64,000 bases of DNA from Acetivibrionales bacterium. Lineage in GTDB: Bacteria > Bacillota > Clostridia > Acetivibrionales > JBMNNH01. The position numbers were made by a program, and so were the translations under genes. The DNA is taken from the NCBI GenBank assembly GCA_050953835.1, contig JBMNNH010000017.1, positions 11,874 through 75,873 of the forward strand. Direction: 5' to 3'. This document shows positions 42,201 through 52,642 of the stretch, one piece after another. Below the pieces are notes generated by a model. It searched no databases, was not told the DNA's origin, and saw only the letters and a list, made by a program, of their open reading frames with translations. Position 1 is the stretch's first letter; each line of letters opens with the position of its first letter.

Positions 42201-43868
42201 CTACTCGTCTATCAGTTCATCAATTGCCGCACCCGGGGGTACTATTGGGAACACCTTGTCATCCCTGTCAATTTCAAAATTGATTACCACAGGCCTGTCT
42301 TTTAGCTCAAGTGCCCTTTTAATAGCATTGTCAACATCTTCGGGTTTTTCTACACTAATTCCAACTGCTCCGAAGGCTTCGGCCAGCGCAACAAAATCCG
42401 TACATCTATCCAGGGTAGTGCAGGAGAACCTTGATCCATAAAACAGTTCCTGCCACTGCCTGACCATTCCAAGAGCGTGGTTGTTGAGGATAGCTATAAT
42501 TACGGGCAGCCTGTATTCTACCGCTGTCGCAAGCTCATTCATATTCATCCTGAAACTGCCATCGCCTGCAATGTTAATAACCCTTTTATCAGGCCTTCCA
42601 ATCTGTGCGCCAATGCATGCCCCAAGGCCATACCCCATTGTCCCCAAGCCTCCTGAAGAAATAAACTGCCTTGGCGCAGAATACTTGTAAAACTGTGCTG
42701 CCCACAATTGGTTCTGCCCTACTTCAGTGGTTATAATTGCATCGCCCTTTGTCAATTCATAAATTCTCTCGACTATATAATGAGGCTTTAAAGAACCATT
42801 TTGTTCATACCTTAAAGGATATTCTGATTTCCATTTAGAAACCTTTTTGCTCCATTCTGTTAAATCCTTTTTATCAATTCTGCCGTTTATAATCTTTAAA
42901 ATTCCTTTAATATTTCCCACCAATGGATAATGCACATCAACGTTCTTACCGACTTCGGCAGGATCAATATCAATATGCATAATCTCTGCTTTAGGGGCAA
43001 ATTTCTTAACATTACTAATCACTCTGTCACTAAACCTGGTGCCTATTGCAATAATCAAGTCTGTTTCTGAAACTGCTGCATTTGATGCCCGGGTTCCGTG
43101 CATTCCTACCAGTCCCATGAATAGCCTGTGCTCGCCCGGGAATGAACCTAACCCCATAAGGGTTGTGGTGACAGGAATATCCGCCTTTTCGGCCAGTTCG
43201 AATACCTCCCTGCTCGCTCCGGCTATTGAGACGCCGCCCCCCGAAAAAATAACTGGCTTCTTTGAATTATTAATAATGCTGGCAGCCCTTTCTATCTCAT
43301 CTTCAGATACCATCACAGGAATATCGGGAATATCCATTAAAGGTTTATTCTCAAACTCGGCTACCGCAGCAGTTACATCCTTGCATATATCTATAAGGAC
43401 AGGGCCCGGCCTTCCTTCCCTAGCAATGAAAAAGGCCTCACGGATAATATCAGCAAGTTTATTTACATCCTTCACAATATAGTTATGCTTGGTTATTGGC
43501 ATTGTTATCCCTGTAATATCAACTTCCTGAAAGGAGTCCTTACCCAACAGAGGGGTAGCAACCTGGCCTGTTATTGCTACAACAGGCACAGAATCCATAT
43601 AGGCTGTTGCTATACCGGTTACCAGGTTGGTTGCACCAGGGCCGGATGTGGCAATGCATACTCCGACCTTTCCGGTTGCTCTGGCATAACCGTCTGCGGC
43701 ATGTGAAGCTCCCTGTTCATGGGAAGTTAGGATGTGCCTTATACTGTCTCTGGATTTGTATAAAGCATCATATATATTCAATACGGCTCCCCCGGGGAAA
43801 CCGAATATTGTATCCACTCCCTGTTCCTTCAGACATTCAATTACTATTTCTGCTCCTGTCAACTTCAT
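42201..43868 (-). CDS. ilvB: Acetolactate synthase large subunit (biosynthetic type)
   Basis: TPP motif GDGSFRMNMNELAT. Start at MKLTGAEIVIECL after GGATGGAGG. No ilvN-like small subunit gene follows. Confidence 0.9.
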   Translation of the reverse strand: MKLTGAEIVIECLKEQGVDTIFGFPGGAVLNIYDALYKSRDSIRHILTSHEQGASHAADGYARATGKVGVCIATSGPGATNLVTGIATAYMDSVPVVAITGQVATPLLGKDSFQEVDITGITMPITKHNYIVKDVNKLADIIREAFFIAREGRPGPVLIDICKDVTAAVAEFENKPLMDIPDIPVMVSEDEIERAASIINNSKKPVIFSGGGVSIAGASREVFELAEKADIPVTTTLMGLGSFPGEHRLFMGLVGMHGTRASNAAVSETDLIIAIGTRFSDRVISNVKKFAPKAEIMHIDIDPAEVGKNVDVHYPLVGNIKGILKIINGRIDKKDLTEWSKKVSKWKSEYPLRYEQNGSLKPHYIVERIYELTKGDAIITTEVGQNQLWAAQFYKYSAPRQFISSGGLGTMGYGLGACIGAQIGRPDKRVINIAGDGSFRMNMNELATAVEYRLPVIIAILNNHALGMVRQWQELFYGSRFSCTTLDRCTDFVALAEAFGAVGISVEKPEDVDNAIKRALELKDRPVVINFEIDRDDKVFPIVPPGAAIDELIDE

Positions 43869-43882
43869 AATGTTCCTCCATC

Positions 43883-45541
43883 CTATTTGAATACTGCTCC
43901 TGTACTTGCAGATGAAACCAATTTTGAATATCTTCCGAGATATCCTGATGAAATCTTCGGGGCAGGAGCCTTCCATTCAAGCATTCTGCTTTTAAGCTCT
44001 TCATCCGGAATTTCCAGCGCCAATTTGCCGTTGGGAATATCAATACTGATTGTATCGCCATCTTTTATTGCAGCAATTGGCCCACCTTCCATTGCTTCAG
44101 GAGATACATGGCCAATAGATGCGCCCCTGGAAGCTCCGGAAAACCGCCCATCCGTTATAAGAGCAACATCCTTGTCCAAACCCATTCCTGCAATAGCTGA
44201 CGTAGGGCCAAGCATTTCCCTCATTCCCGGTCCACCTTTAGGCCCTTCATAGCGTATTACTACAATATCGCCTTTTACTATTTTACCAGCATATATAGCA
44301 TCAATAGCCTTGTCCTCAGAATCAAACACCCTTGCAGGCCCCCTGTGCACAAGCATACTCGCATCAACTGCCGACCTCTTAACAACTGCTCCATCCGGGG
44401 CAATATTACCCTTCAGGACTGCTAATCCGCCTGTAGCACTGTATGGGTGGTCAACAGGCCTGATAACGTTATTGTCCAGTACTTCAACCTTGTCCAGGTT
44501 TTCACCGGTAGTTTTTCCTGTAACTGTCATAAGGTCAAGATGTAGAAGACTTTTCCTTGTCAGTTCCTTCATCACGGCCTGTACCCCACCTGCTGCATAC
44601 AGGTCCTGGACGTGGTAAGGCCCTGCAGGGGCCAGTCTGCATAAATTCGGCACTTTAGCACTTATTTCATTAATGATATCCAGGTCAATTTCTATACCAA
44701 GCTCATGTGCAATTGCGGGAAGGTGTAGTACGGAATTTGTTGAACACCCGAGCGCCATATCTACAACAAGAGCATTTTCAAATGCTTCAGGTGTAAGTAT
44801 GTCTTTTGGCCTGATATTCTTCCTGACCAGTTCCATTACCTGCATACCCGCCTTTTTCGCAAGCCTTATCCTCTCCGCATATACTGCGGGAATTGTTCCA
44901 TTGCCAGGCAAACCCATTCCGAGCACTTCTGTGAGGCAATTCATGGAATTAGCCGTAAACATCCCGGAACATGAACCACAGCCCGGGCACGCATGATCCT
45001 CATATTCAATTACTTCTTCTTCTGATATTATCCCGGCTTTATAAGCGCCAACCGCTTCAAATACACTGTTGAGATCCAGGCTCTTCCCTTTGCGCACCAG
45101 TGAAAGCATTGGTCCTCCGCTGATTAATATGGAAGGCACATTTATTCTTGCAGCTGCCATAAGCATACCCGGAACAATCTTATCACAGTTTGGTATAAAA
45201 ACCATTCCGTCAAAGCTGTGCGCCAGTCCCATTGCTTCACAAGAGTCCGCTATTAATTCCCTTGTAGCCAGGGAATACTTCATTCCCATATGTCCCATGG
45301 CAATTCCGTCACAAACACCAATAGCACCGAATTCAACAGGTGTTCCGCCGGCCATCCTGATACCTGCTTTAACTGCCTCAGCAATTTTGTCAAGATGTAT
45401 ATGTCCGGGTATAATTTCACTTTTTGCGTTGGCTATTCCTATTAATGGCCTATTTATTTCCTCATCGGTATAACCCATAGCCTTAAAAAGCGACCTGTGT
45501 GGTGCTTTTTCAATTCCTTTTTTTACTATATCACTTCTCAT
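43883..45541 (-). CDS. ilvD: Dihydroxy-acid dehydratase
   Basis: [28 protein letters not shown] and the Fe-S Cys motif [32 protein letters not shown]. Confidence 0.95.
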   Translation of the reverse strand: MRSDIVKKGIEKAPHRSLFKAMGYTDEEINRPLIGIANAKSEIIPGHIHLDKIAEAVKAGIRMAGGTPVEFGAIGVCDGIAMGHMGMKYSLATRELIADSCEAMGLAHSFDGMVFIPNCDKIVPGMLMAAARINVPSILISGGPMLSLVRKGKSLDLNSVFEAVGAYKAGIISEEEVIEYEDHACPGCGSCSGMFTANSMNCLTEVLGMGLPGNGTIPAVYAERIRLAKKAGMQVMELVRKNIRPKDILTPEAFENALVVDMALGCSTNSVLHLPAIAHELGIEIDLDIINEISAKVPNLCRLAPAGPYHVQDLYAAGGVQAVMKELTRKSLLHLDLMTVTGKTTGENLDKVEVLDNNVIRPVDHPYSATGGLAVLKGNIAPDGAVVKRSAVDASMLVHRGPARVFDSEDKAIDAIYAGKIVKGDIVVIRYEGPKGGPGMREMLGPTSAIAGMGLDKDVALITDGRFSGASRGASIGHVSPEAMEGGPIAAIKDGDTISIDIPNGKLALEIPDEELKSRMLEWKAPAPKISSGYLGRYSKLVSSASTGAVFK

Positions 45542-45614
45542 ATTACTCTCCTCGCTTCCTTTACTCTGCAGTTGTAATCTGATATTTATATACAATTATG
45601 AAAATATTTTTGAA

Positions 45615-45667
45615 CATGTAGCAATAGCCGGGCTGTCCCGGCTATTTTATGATTATTTTACTACATG
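45615..45667. terminator. Nested palindromic hairpin (CATGTAG ... AATAGCCGGG-CTGT-CCCGGCTATT ... CTACATG)
   Basis: 10 bp GC-rich inner stem with a T-run only on the plus strand. Sits between cvpA and ilvD, so it is probably the cvpA terminator acting bidirectionally. Confidence 0.45.
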
Positions 45668-45752
45668 TATAAGTTTTGTGTCCAGTGTTTTATAAAAAAA
45701 GCATAGATTCATTAAATATTTCTGGCAATAAAATAAAATACATTAATTTTCC

Positions 45753-45788
45753 TTAAAACATCCAGTTTACTTAAAACATCCAGTTTAT
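45753..45788. repeat. 18 nt tandem duplication spanning the cvpA stop codon (TTAAAACATCCAGTTTAC / TTAAAACATCCAGTTTAT)
   Basis: Direct reading, 17 of 18 identical. The second unit encodes the last 5 codons plus the stop of cvpA. Confidence 0.85.
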
Positions 45789-46463
45789 AATAAAGTTGTT
45801 TTGATAGAAATAGTTTGCCAGAGTTGAGAGATTTATTGCATCAAAAACCTTCTGGAATTGGGGGGAAGTATTAAACAGTGCGAGCACCGCAAGCAATACG
45901 TATACCGTCAGCAAACCTTCAACTAACCCAAGCACAAACCCGCCCAATTTATCTGCCTGCTTTAAAACAGGCAGCATGAATATTCCTTTAAGTATAGCAT
46001 GGATAAGTGCAAGTCCTATCCTGATTAATATATATAGTAAAGCCAAACTTATTATACTGATAATAATTGAGCTTAATTCATTGCTTATCAAATCTGTGGC
46101 TTTTCCCATGTCCATTACTGCAGATGCATCATCAACCCTGCCCAGCAGAATGCCCTTTAGGAATCCTGGCAGTGGAAGGCTGTCTACTACCGTCCCTGCA
46201 GCAGTTTGATGGCTCTGTCCAGCAATCTCCTGCACAAGGGGCTCTTTTTGCTGAAATGTATTCTTTATCACATATGCTTTCACCGCAGAAAAGAAATCTG
46301 TCTTCTCAAGTATTCCTGTCATTACCGGATAGAGCTTAACTGCAAAAAAAATAGAAATAAAAAAGGAGGCAATTTTAAATATGGTATTCACAAATCCGCT
46401 TGCCAGACCTGCAAGTCCAAAACCAATTATAATGGTAATAACAATTATATCAGCCCAGTTCAC
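45771..46463 (-). CDS. cvpA: CvpA family membrane protein
   Basis: MNWADIIVITIIIGFGLAGLASGF N-terminus and 4-5 TM helices. GTG start after AGGAGG. Confidence 0.8.
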   Translation of the reverse strand: MNWADIIVITIIIGFGLAGLASGFVNTIFKIASFFISIFFAVKLYPVMTGILEKTDFFSAVKAYVIKNTFQQKEPLVQEIAGQSHQTAAGTVVDSLPLPGFLKGILLGRVDDASAVMDMGKATDLISNELSSIIISIISLALLYILIRIGLALIHAILKGIFMLPVLKQADKLGGFVLGLVEGLLTVYVLLAVLALFNTSPQFQKVFDAINLSTLANYFYQNNFIINWMF

Positions 46464-46465
46464 AG

Positions 46466-47656
46466 CTATCCTCCTATTCTTTTCACCTCAACACTGTTCT
46501 TTGTAACAATCACTGCCTCTAGCTTATTAATAAAATGCACATCCAGGATATCGACTTTAGAACCTGCTTTATATTTCAATGTTCCCTTTGTATCAATGAA
46601 ATGTACTTCCCTGCCTGTATTCACAGCTATCAGTCCGCTATATGACTTAATGTTTTTCACCTTATCGCCAATAGGATACACTGCTGCCTGCTGTCCTTTT
46701 TTATTCAGAATTTCGACCATTACGCCGTTTCCTGCGTAATACCCGCTTTCACTTTTTCCCTCTGATGCAACAATAATAAATTTTCCCATACAAACATTGG
46801 AGCTGAATACCTTTTTAACAGCCCTGCTCCAGGCCTCTTCTCTGTCCCTGTCAAAACAAACAATGTGAGTATTGCCTACTGCCAATAAGGAGTCATCGTC
46901 CAAAAACCATATGGACGGAAAAACTACATCTTCCTTCATCACTGCAGCAAAGGGGTTATCATCCAAAAGCCTCGTAAATTCTATCTTTGATTTAACCGAA
47001 ATGCCGGATGTATTAATGCTGTTAATAACTATTTCTTCCCCTGAGGGGCTAACCCCTGCGCTTAAAACAAAATTCTCAGCAATATTTATGTAAAACATCT
47101 CAACACCATAGGGGTCGTATACCTTTACTTTATTCTTGTATCCTTCAGCCTCCTGCACAAGGGTTACATATCCTTCCTTGCTGATGTCCGCATTAACTAT
47201 TGCCGAATCTGTACTAACTTCCCATTTGAGGTTGCCGCCTTTAAATACCATTGAACTCCTTCCGCCAATATCAGCTACAAGCATTTCCGATCCGTTCAGT
47301 TTTATTAAAGGCTTATTAAAGGATATGTTCCTTGACCAGACTTCTTCGCCCCTGGTATTTATCCCCTTTATATACTCACTTGTACATTTGATTATCTGGC
47401 CTTTGTAAACACTAAATACCGTATAAGCCCTCTCATCATAATCCAGCTTAAGCAATTCACTGTTACCCGGTGTATTGTTCTCTTGTATAAAAGTGCTTAC
47501 GATATACTCTTTCAAATTAAATCTTTCCAGATTAATATCCTCTGTTCTAAGATACGCCAAAAAAGCTACAACGGTTATAACAAAAACCAGCAGGAAAAAC
47601 ATAAAAACACTGGCTTTGCTACCGGACTTGCCACTTTTGATATCCTCATCTGCCAT
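46466..47656 (-). CDS. Hypothetical N-terminally anchored beta-rich protein (DUF5711-like, tentative)
   Basis: Single TM after a Lys/Ser-rich N-terminus, then repetitive beta-strand-like segments. Family name is from memory only. Confidence 0.5.
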   Translation of the reverse strand: MADEDIKSGKSGSKASVFMFFLLVFVITVVAFLAYLRTEDINLERFNLKEYIVSTFIQENNTPGNSELLKLDYDERAYTVFSVYKGQIIKCTSEYIKGINTRGEEVWSRNISFNKPLIKLNGSEMLVADIGGRSSMVFKGGNLKWEVSTDSAIVNADISKEGYVTLVQEAEGYKNKVKVYDPYGVEMFYINIAENFVLSAGVSPSGEEIVINSINTSGISVKSKIEFTRLLDDNPFAAVMKEDVVFPSIWFLDDDSLLAVGNTHIVCFDRDREEAWSRAVKKVFSSNVCMGKFIIVASEGKSESGYYAGNGVMVEILNKKGQQAAVYPIGDKVKNIKSYSGLIAVNTGREVHFIDTKGTLKYKAGSKVDILDVHFINKLEAVIVTKNSVEVKRIGG

Positions 47657-47753
47657 GGGTATCACCTGCGCTTTTGTATTTGTATTACTACATGCAATTA
47701 AGAAACAATGCCTTCCGGTGGTTATATTTTAACATAATAAATAGTCAAAAACA

Positions 47754-48815
47754 CTATCTATTTTGCCTTGTAAAAATCTTTTTAACGCCTGTTATCAGTA
47801 TTGCAAATACCATAAACATGCCGATATAACCAAAGGCAGGGTAGATAAAAGCTATAAGCTTAGAAAACCCAAGGCTGGAAAGAGGAATTACAATGGCACA
47901 TAAAATTATTGCTGCCAGCCTTCTGCTAATTCTTATCCTGCCGCACACCCGGCTCAAAAAACCATAACCGTTTGCTGATGCTGACAGTAACATTGCCAGC
48001 CAAAGAATAAAGCTATAGAAATAGCTTATGTATACATTTGACTTCTTAATTGCATCAATCACTGGAATTTCATGTGTGAGACTATCCGGATGGTTCATTG
48101 AAATAACAACATTGATAACAAACGCAACCGCACACAGGGACAGCCCGCCAAGAACTCCTGCGAAAGTTCCCGTTTTTCTGGTTTTGAGGTATGGCAAAAG
48201 GCTGCACATTACTACTACAGAGGATATACTGTTATAGCTTACATACAATAAAGCAGAAAAAAACCAATTGTGTGTTATTGGGGTTATGTATACAGCAGCA
48301 TTGAATACTGCAATACCTTTGAAAGCGATAATATAAAGCCCTGTGCAAATCATGCCTGTTATGAGTATCGGTGACACCACAGTGCTTAACGCCATAACAC
48401 CCCTTATTCCAAATACCAGGACAAGCATGCAAATCAGGGACATTATTAGTATGCCGCACTTGAATGGCACTGAAAGCATATCCTCAAGAACCTTTCCTGC
48501 TCCCGCAATCATAATGCTGAATACTGAAAGCATGAATACTGACACCGCTATCTCCATAAACCAGCCTATCCCCCATCCTACCATGGGAAAAAGGAGTTCT
48601 TCATAACTTTGTATCCTTTCGCAAAACACCTTGTCGAGTACTATACATCCTATAGCAGAAAACAGCAGTCCAGCTAAAATTAAGCCGTATAATCCTCCGT
48701 TGTAATACCTGGAAAAAAACTGCACAATTTCCCTTCCGGAAGCAAAGCCTGCACCTATTATTGTTGCCATATATATACTTGCAACTTTTATAATATTACT
48801 GATTTCTTTTCTCAA
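47754..48815 (-). CDS. YkvI-family membrane protein (transporter-like)
   Basis: ATIIGAGFASGREIVQFF motif and about 10 or more TM helices. Start uncertain: I favour TTG at 48815, 9 nt after GGGGG, over the GTG at 48848. Confidence 0.7.
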   Translation of the reverse strand: MRKEISNIIKVASIYMATIIGAGFASGREIVQFFSRYYNGGLYGLILAGLLFSAIGCIVLDKVFCERIQSYEELLFPMVGWGIGWFMEIAVSVFMLSVFSIMIAGAGKVLEDMLSVPFKCGILIMSLICMLVLVFGIRGVMALSTVVSPILITGMICTGLYIIAFKGIAVFNAAVYITPITHNWFFSALLYVSYNSISSVVVMCSLLPYLKTRKTGTFAGVLGGLSLCAVAFVINVVISMNHPDSLTHEIPVIDAIKKSNVYISYFYSFILWLAMLLSASANGYGFLSRVCGRIRISRRLAAIILCAIVIPLSSLGFSKLIAFIYPAFGYIGMFMVFAILITGVKKIFTRQNR

Positions 48816-49040
48816 ATAAAACAGCCCCCATAAAGTGAGGGGACACACCTATTACGAGCAAGAGGTATCCTTTTGCGTTGAGCAATGTGTCCCCAATAAA
48901 TACTTATACAACGCTTTAAAGGCTGCTGATGCAAGTACAGATGAAAGCTTATTGCTGGAAGCAACTAACTTTCATCTGTAAATAAAAGCCTTTATTGCTT
49001 TGTATATTACAATTCTATGAGGGAACTGATTTACTTATTA
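48816..49040 (-). promoter_or_regulatory. Structured 5' leader of the YkvI-family gene (two long hairpins)
   Basis: Hairpin 1 spans 48918-48993 (AAAGGCT / ACAGATGAAAG ... CTTTCATCTGT / AGCCTTT). Hairpin 2 spans 48839-48894 (GGGGACACA ... TGTGTCCCC) and ends 9 nt before the GGGGG RBS. Confidence 0.35.
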
Positions 49041-49070
49041 TTCATATAGTGCAAATAGTGCAAAAAACTG

Positions 49071-50471
49071 TTATTCACTTTCCTTTGATTTCTCAATTGC
49101 TTCTTTTAAATCCGACCATGCCTTTCTGATACCATCAGGCTTGTCAAACTCTTCCCTGTCCACAATAACTCCGGTGTACTCGCCATTTCTCATAACATAA
49201 TAATACCTGTCATTCTTTGGTATGAATTCTACCTTCATCTTGCCGGGGGCCTTCTTCAGATGATAGGTAAATGCTATTTTAGACTTTCCTTGGGGCTGCG
49301 CATCCATTTCCACTTCGCTTATTACAACACCGATAGCGCCTCCATAAAACTTTCTGAACAACCCATCACCATCATCAACCTTCCCGCTTGTAACATCCAC
49401 ACCATTGACTACAAATTTTTCATATTCTTTATCATTTTCTTCATAACTTGTAATATCTGAAATGATTTTTTCTCCGTCCATCTCTACTATAAGCTGCTCA
49501 ACATCATCAATGTTCACAATATATGCAAATGCATCCACAATTTCCTTTAATGGTTTATCAAGGATATCAAGGGAAGACTCAGTAACAGTAAGCACTTCAT
49601 TACCGTCTTCAAACATTGCAAAAACTTCTGAGCCTTTGACTTTCGGCTTTCCAATCAATAATCTGACATTACCTTCGGTGGTTTCTACCCCCAGTACATA
49701 ATGAGGGCTGTCCAAACCATATTGAGCCAGATCCTGTGGATCTTTTTCAATAAAGTCCACTATCCTGGTATTAATCATTGCATCAATCAGTGAATACACG
49801 GAATAGTAGCTAGCTTCACCTTCTAACGGCTCAATCATCTTCCACTTAGTTTCATCCACCTTCTTTGCTGAAAAAACAGTCTGCCCTCCGCGTTCCATAG
49901 AAGCAAATGATACATTTTCTTTCTCTACAGCCAGTATAGTCTTATCCCTCAGGTCTTTTTCGCTGCATTTAAGCTTTCTTCCGTCATAGGCGCTGATAAC
50001 ATAAACACGGCCTTCATCTTTCTTTTTTACATAATAACCCTGTTTCGTAAAAGTTTCATTTCCAATTAGTATAGTATTCTCAGTACCATCCCTCATCTTT
50101 GCCGCAATCTCAACAGGGTTGTCAAACCCATATTGGGCAGGGTCTGATACATTGTCCTCAACAACCTTATCCGACTCAAGGCTTGCCAGTGTCCAACTTA
50201 TACTTTCAACTGCATTCTTATCTGCTCTCAAGCCCTCCGGGTAAGAAAAATCCCAATCCTCATCCTGTTTGCTCAAAACAAGCTTTTCGTCATTGTTCCG
50301 TATTGTAATCTCAACCATTTCTTTACTGTCAAGTTCAAGTATTTTTACAGTTTCATCAGCATCTTTCACTAATGAGTCTTTATTTCCCGCATTTTTTACA
50401 AGCAGAAAATACGCTCCTCCCAGAAGTGCCAATACTACTGCCAGAATAATAACAGTTTTAAATGATTTCAT
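49071..50471 (-). CDS. DUF4340-like protein, N-terminal TM anchor
   Basis: Position after a GldG-like gene with a 4 nt overlap. Repeated beta-rich modules. Family name is from memory. Confidence 0.55.
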   Translation of the reverse strand: MKSFKTVIILAVVLALLGGAYFLLVKNAGNKDSLVKDADETVKILELDSKEMVEITIRNNDEKLVLSKQDEDWDFSYPEGLRADKNAVESISWTLASLESDKVVEDNVSDPAQYGFDNPVEIAAKMRDGTENTILIGNETFTKQGYYVKKKDEGRVYVISAYDGRKLKCSEKDLRDKTILAVEKENVSFASMERGGQTVFSAKKVDETKWKMIEPLEGEASYYSVYSLIDAMINTRIVDFIEKDPQDLAQYGLDSPHYVLGVETTEGNVRLLIGKPKVKGSEVFAMFEDGNEVLTVTESSLDILDKPLKEIVDAFAYIVNIDDVEQLIVEMDGEKIISDITSYEENDKEYEKFVVNGVDVTSGKVDDGDGLFRKFYGGAIGVVISEVEMDAQPQGKSKIAFTYHLKKAPGKMKVEFIPKNDRYYYVMRNGEYTGVIVDREEFDKPDGIRKAWSDLKEAIEKSKESE

Positions 50472-51931
50472 AAGTGCCGCCTCCTCAAATACACCATCAA
50501 ACCTGCTGCAAGAATAATAAGCGGAAGTATTACAATCACCAGTATACTTACAACCCTTGCCTGAACGGCGTTTATTGCAAGCACGTTTTGCTGGTACATC
50601 TTTGGAGCTATAGATACCGAAGTTGATTTATCCTGCATCCAGTTTACTGCTGTGAGGAAAAATATCATACCGTTCTGGGAATAAGGCCCATATAAATTTA
50701 CCGATTCATCATTAATGAAGCTTGCATTGCCCAATACCAATAATTTAGTGGGTTTTGCATCGCCAACATATGAAACGGAAATTGCAAGATCCAATGGCCC
50801 TGGTATATCCTGCCCCCTGGATTGGTCAATTTGTTCACCTATTGCCTGGTCACTGGTTTTAAGCAGTGATGTGACATTTAAATGTGTTTTTTTGTTTTTG
50901 AGGATATTAAGGCTTCTGGACTTCGGCACTATCATGTTAAAAGGCTCAGAAATTATTTCATTGGTCTCCATTACGGGCAAAATATCATAGGGGTTTCCCG
51001 GCACATGCCTCTGTCCATCCATCTCTTTTACTTTATCGTGATTAAGCGACACATTGTACTCAGCAAGCAGGTTTTTAAACTGGGTAAATTCAGGGTCTTC
51101 TTCAAGTGAGTCAAACATAAATATAGCCTTCCCGCCTCCATCAAGGTAGTCCCTTATCTTATCCTTCTCCTCTTCAAGGAGGTCTTCCTTCGGCGACATT
51201 ACCATCATTATATCCGCGTCCTCTGGAACGCTTTGCTCAGTAAGAAGGCTTAGCGTTTTAATATCATAGTTATTCATACTCATATATTGTTTAAAAATCT
51301 CATATCCATTATTGATGTTTTCTTCCCCATGACCCTCTGTAAAGTATAGTACCGGAGTCTTAGCCGCAGATACATACTTGATTGCTCCGGTAAAGCTTTG
51401 CTCCGCATTGGAACCAATGTTTACCATGGAGAAAGTCTGCTGGTTGAACGTACTCTGTATTAAATCACTTTTTGAGAGCTTTCTGAGTTTACTGCCACTC
51501 AATACAACAAAGTCTCCCATTTTAATATCATTTATGCTTTCCGGATCAATATTTTTAAGAAAACCCGGGTTTTTATCAGGATCAACATATTCCACCGCAA
51601 CCTTTGGATAGCTGTTATATTGTTCAAGCAAAGCTATAAGCTCTTCATAATCAGAGTCGCTGCCTATTTTTGCATCATCAAACAGCCCATATATAGTAAC
51701 TTCTCTCTCAAGGTTTTGCAATATATCCTTTGAAACATCCCCCAGTGAATAAAGCTTGTTCGGGGTCAGATCCAACCTGAAAGTAGTATTGAATATTGAG
51801 GGAAGCGAACCAACCAAAAGGTTCACCAAAACAGCAATAGCAATTACAACAACAGTCAACGAAATAGATATTGAACCATATTTTATAGTTCTTTTGTTAA
51901 TATTTTTAAAGATACTTTTCAGCTTTTCCAT
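50468..51931 (-). CDS. GldG-like ABC-transporter auxiliary protein
   Basis: TM helices at the N- and C-termini flank a large extracytoplasmic domain. Follows ABC-2 permease and ATPase genes. Start at MEKLKS after AGGGGTGA. Confidence 0.6.
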   Translation of the reverse strand: MEKLKSIFKNINKRTIKYGSISISLTVVVIAIAVLVNLLVGSLPSIFNTTFRLDLTPNKLYSLGDVSKDILQNLEREVTIYGLFDDAKIGSDSDYEELIALLEQYNSYPKVAVEYVDPDKNPGFLKNIDPESINDIKMGDFVVLSGSKLRKLSKSDLIQSTFNQQTFSMVNIGSNAEQSFTGAIKYVSAAKTPVLYFTEGHGEENINNGYEIFKQYMSMNNYDIKTLSLLTEQSVPEDADIMMVMSPKEDLLEEEKDKIRDYLDGGGKAIFMFDSLEEDPEFTQFKNLLAEYNVSLNHDKVKEMDGQRHVPGNPYDILPVMETNEIISEPFNMIVPKSRSLNILKNKKTHLNVTSLLKTSDQAIGEQIDQSRGQDIPGPLDLAISVSYVGDAKPTKLLVLGNASFINDESVNLYGPYSQNGMIFFLTAVNWMQDKSTSVSIAPKMYQQNVLAINAVQARVVSILVIVILPLIILAAGLMVYLRRRHL

Positions 51932-51936
51932 TTTGA

Positions 51937-52641
51937 TCACCCCTGACTCCAACGTCTTTTTTCTATTACTCTGGTAGTAAGGAACAAGAATACCGCTATA
52001 AAACTCAAATAGTAAACAACAGGGCTTAAAGCAAGTATTCCCTGGTTAAATTCTTCATACCTTGACATTAGTGAAAACCAATTCAATACCTTGGCTCCGA
52101 ATCCACCAACTACTCCTGCCAAAGCATCAGCAATCCACATAACCAAAAGGCTTGCAAAACCTATTATTACTGCAACAACCTGATTCTCAGTCAGTGATGA
52201 TGCAAACTCTCCTACTGCAATAAATGATGCACCTAAAAGAACAAACCCAATATATCCTCCAACAAGCTGGACTGTAAACTTAGCTCCAAACAGCAACAGT
52301 ATAACAGGATAAATAAATGTTATACAGGTCATTATCAGAAAAACACAAAGTGAAGCAAGATATTTACCCATTACTATTCCTGTAATGCTTACAGGCGAAG
52401 TCACAAGCAAAACCTCGGTGCCGTTTTTCCTGTCCTCAGCTATCAGCCTCATGGTTAAAACCGGAATAACAAATATCAGTATAAAACCCATCGTAGGAAG
52501 ATTGTATGTGAAATCTCCCATACGGTAAAACAAAAATGGAGTAAAAAATATCGATGTTAGAAGTATAAACAGCCCTATAACAATGTAGGCGATAGGTGAA
52601 TTAAAATATGATCTGAATTCCTTTAAAAAAATTGCTCCCAT
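51937..52641 (-). CDS. ABC-2 type transporter permease (GldF-like)
   Basis: 234 aa with 6 TM helices, 1 nt after the ATPase gene. Confidence 0.7.
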   Translation of the reverse strand: MGAIFLKEFRSYFNSPIAYIVIGLFILLTSIFFTPFLFYRMGDFTYNLPTMGFILIFVIPVLTMRLIAEDRKNGTEVLLVTSPVSITGIVMGKYLASLCVFLIMTCITFIYPVILLLFGAKFTVQLVGGYIGFVLLGASFIAVGEFASSLTENQVVAVIIGFASLLVMWIADALAGVVGGFGAKVLNWFSLMSRYEEFNQGILALSPVVYYLSFIAVFLFLTTRVIEKRRWSQG

Positions 52642-52642
52642 C

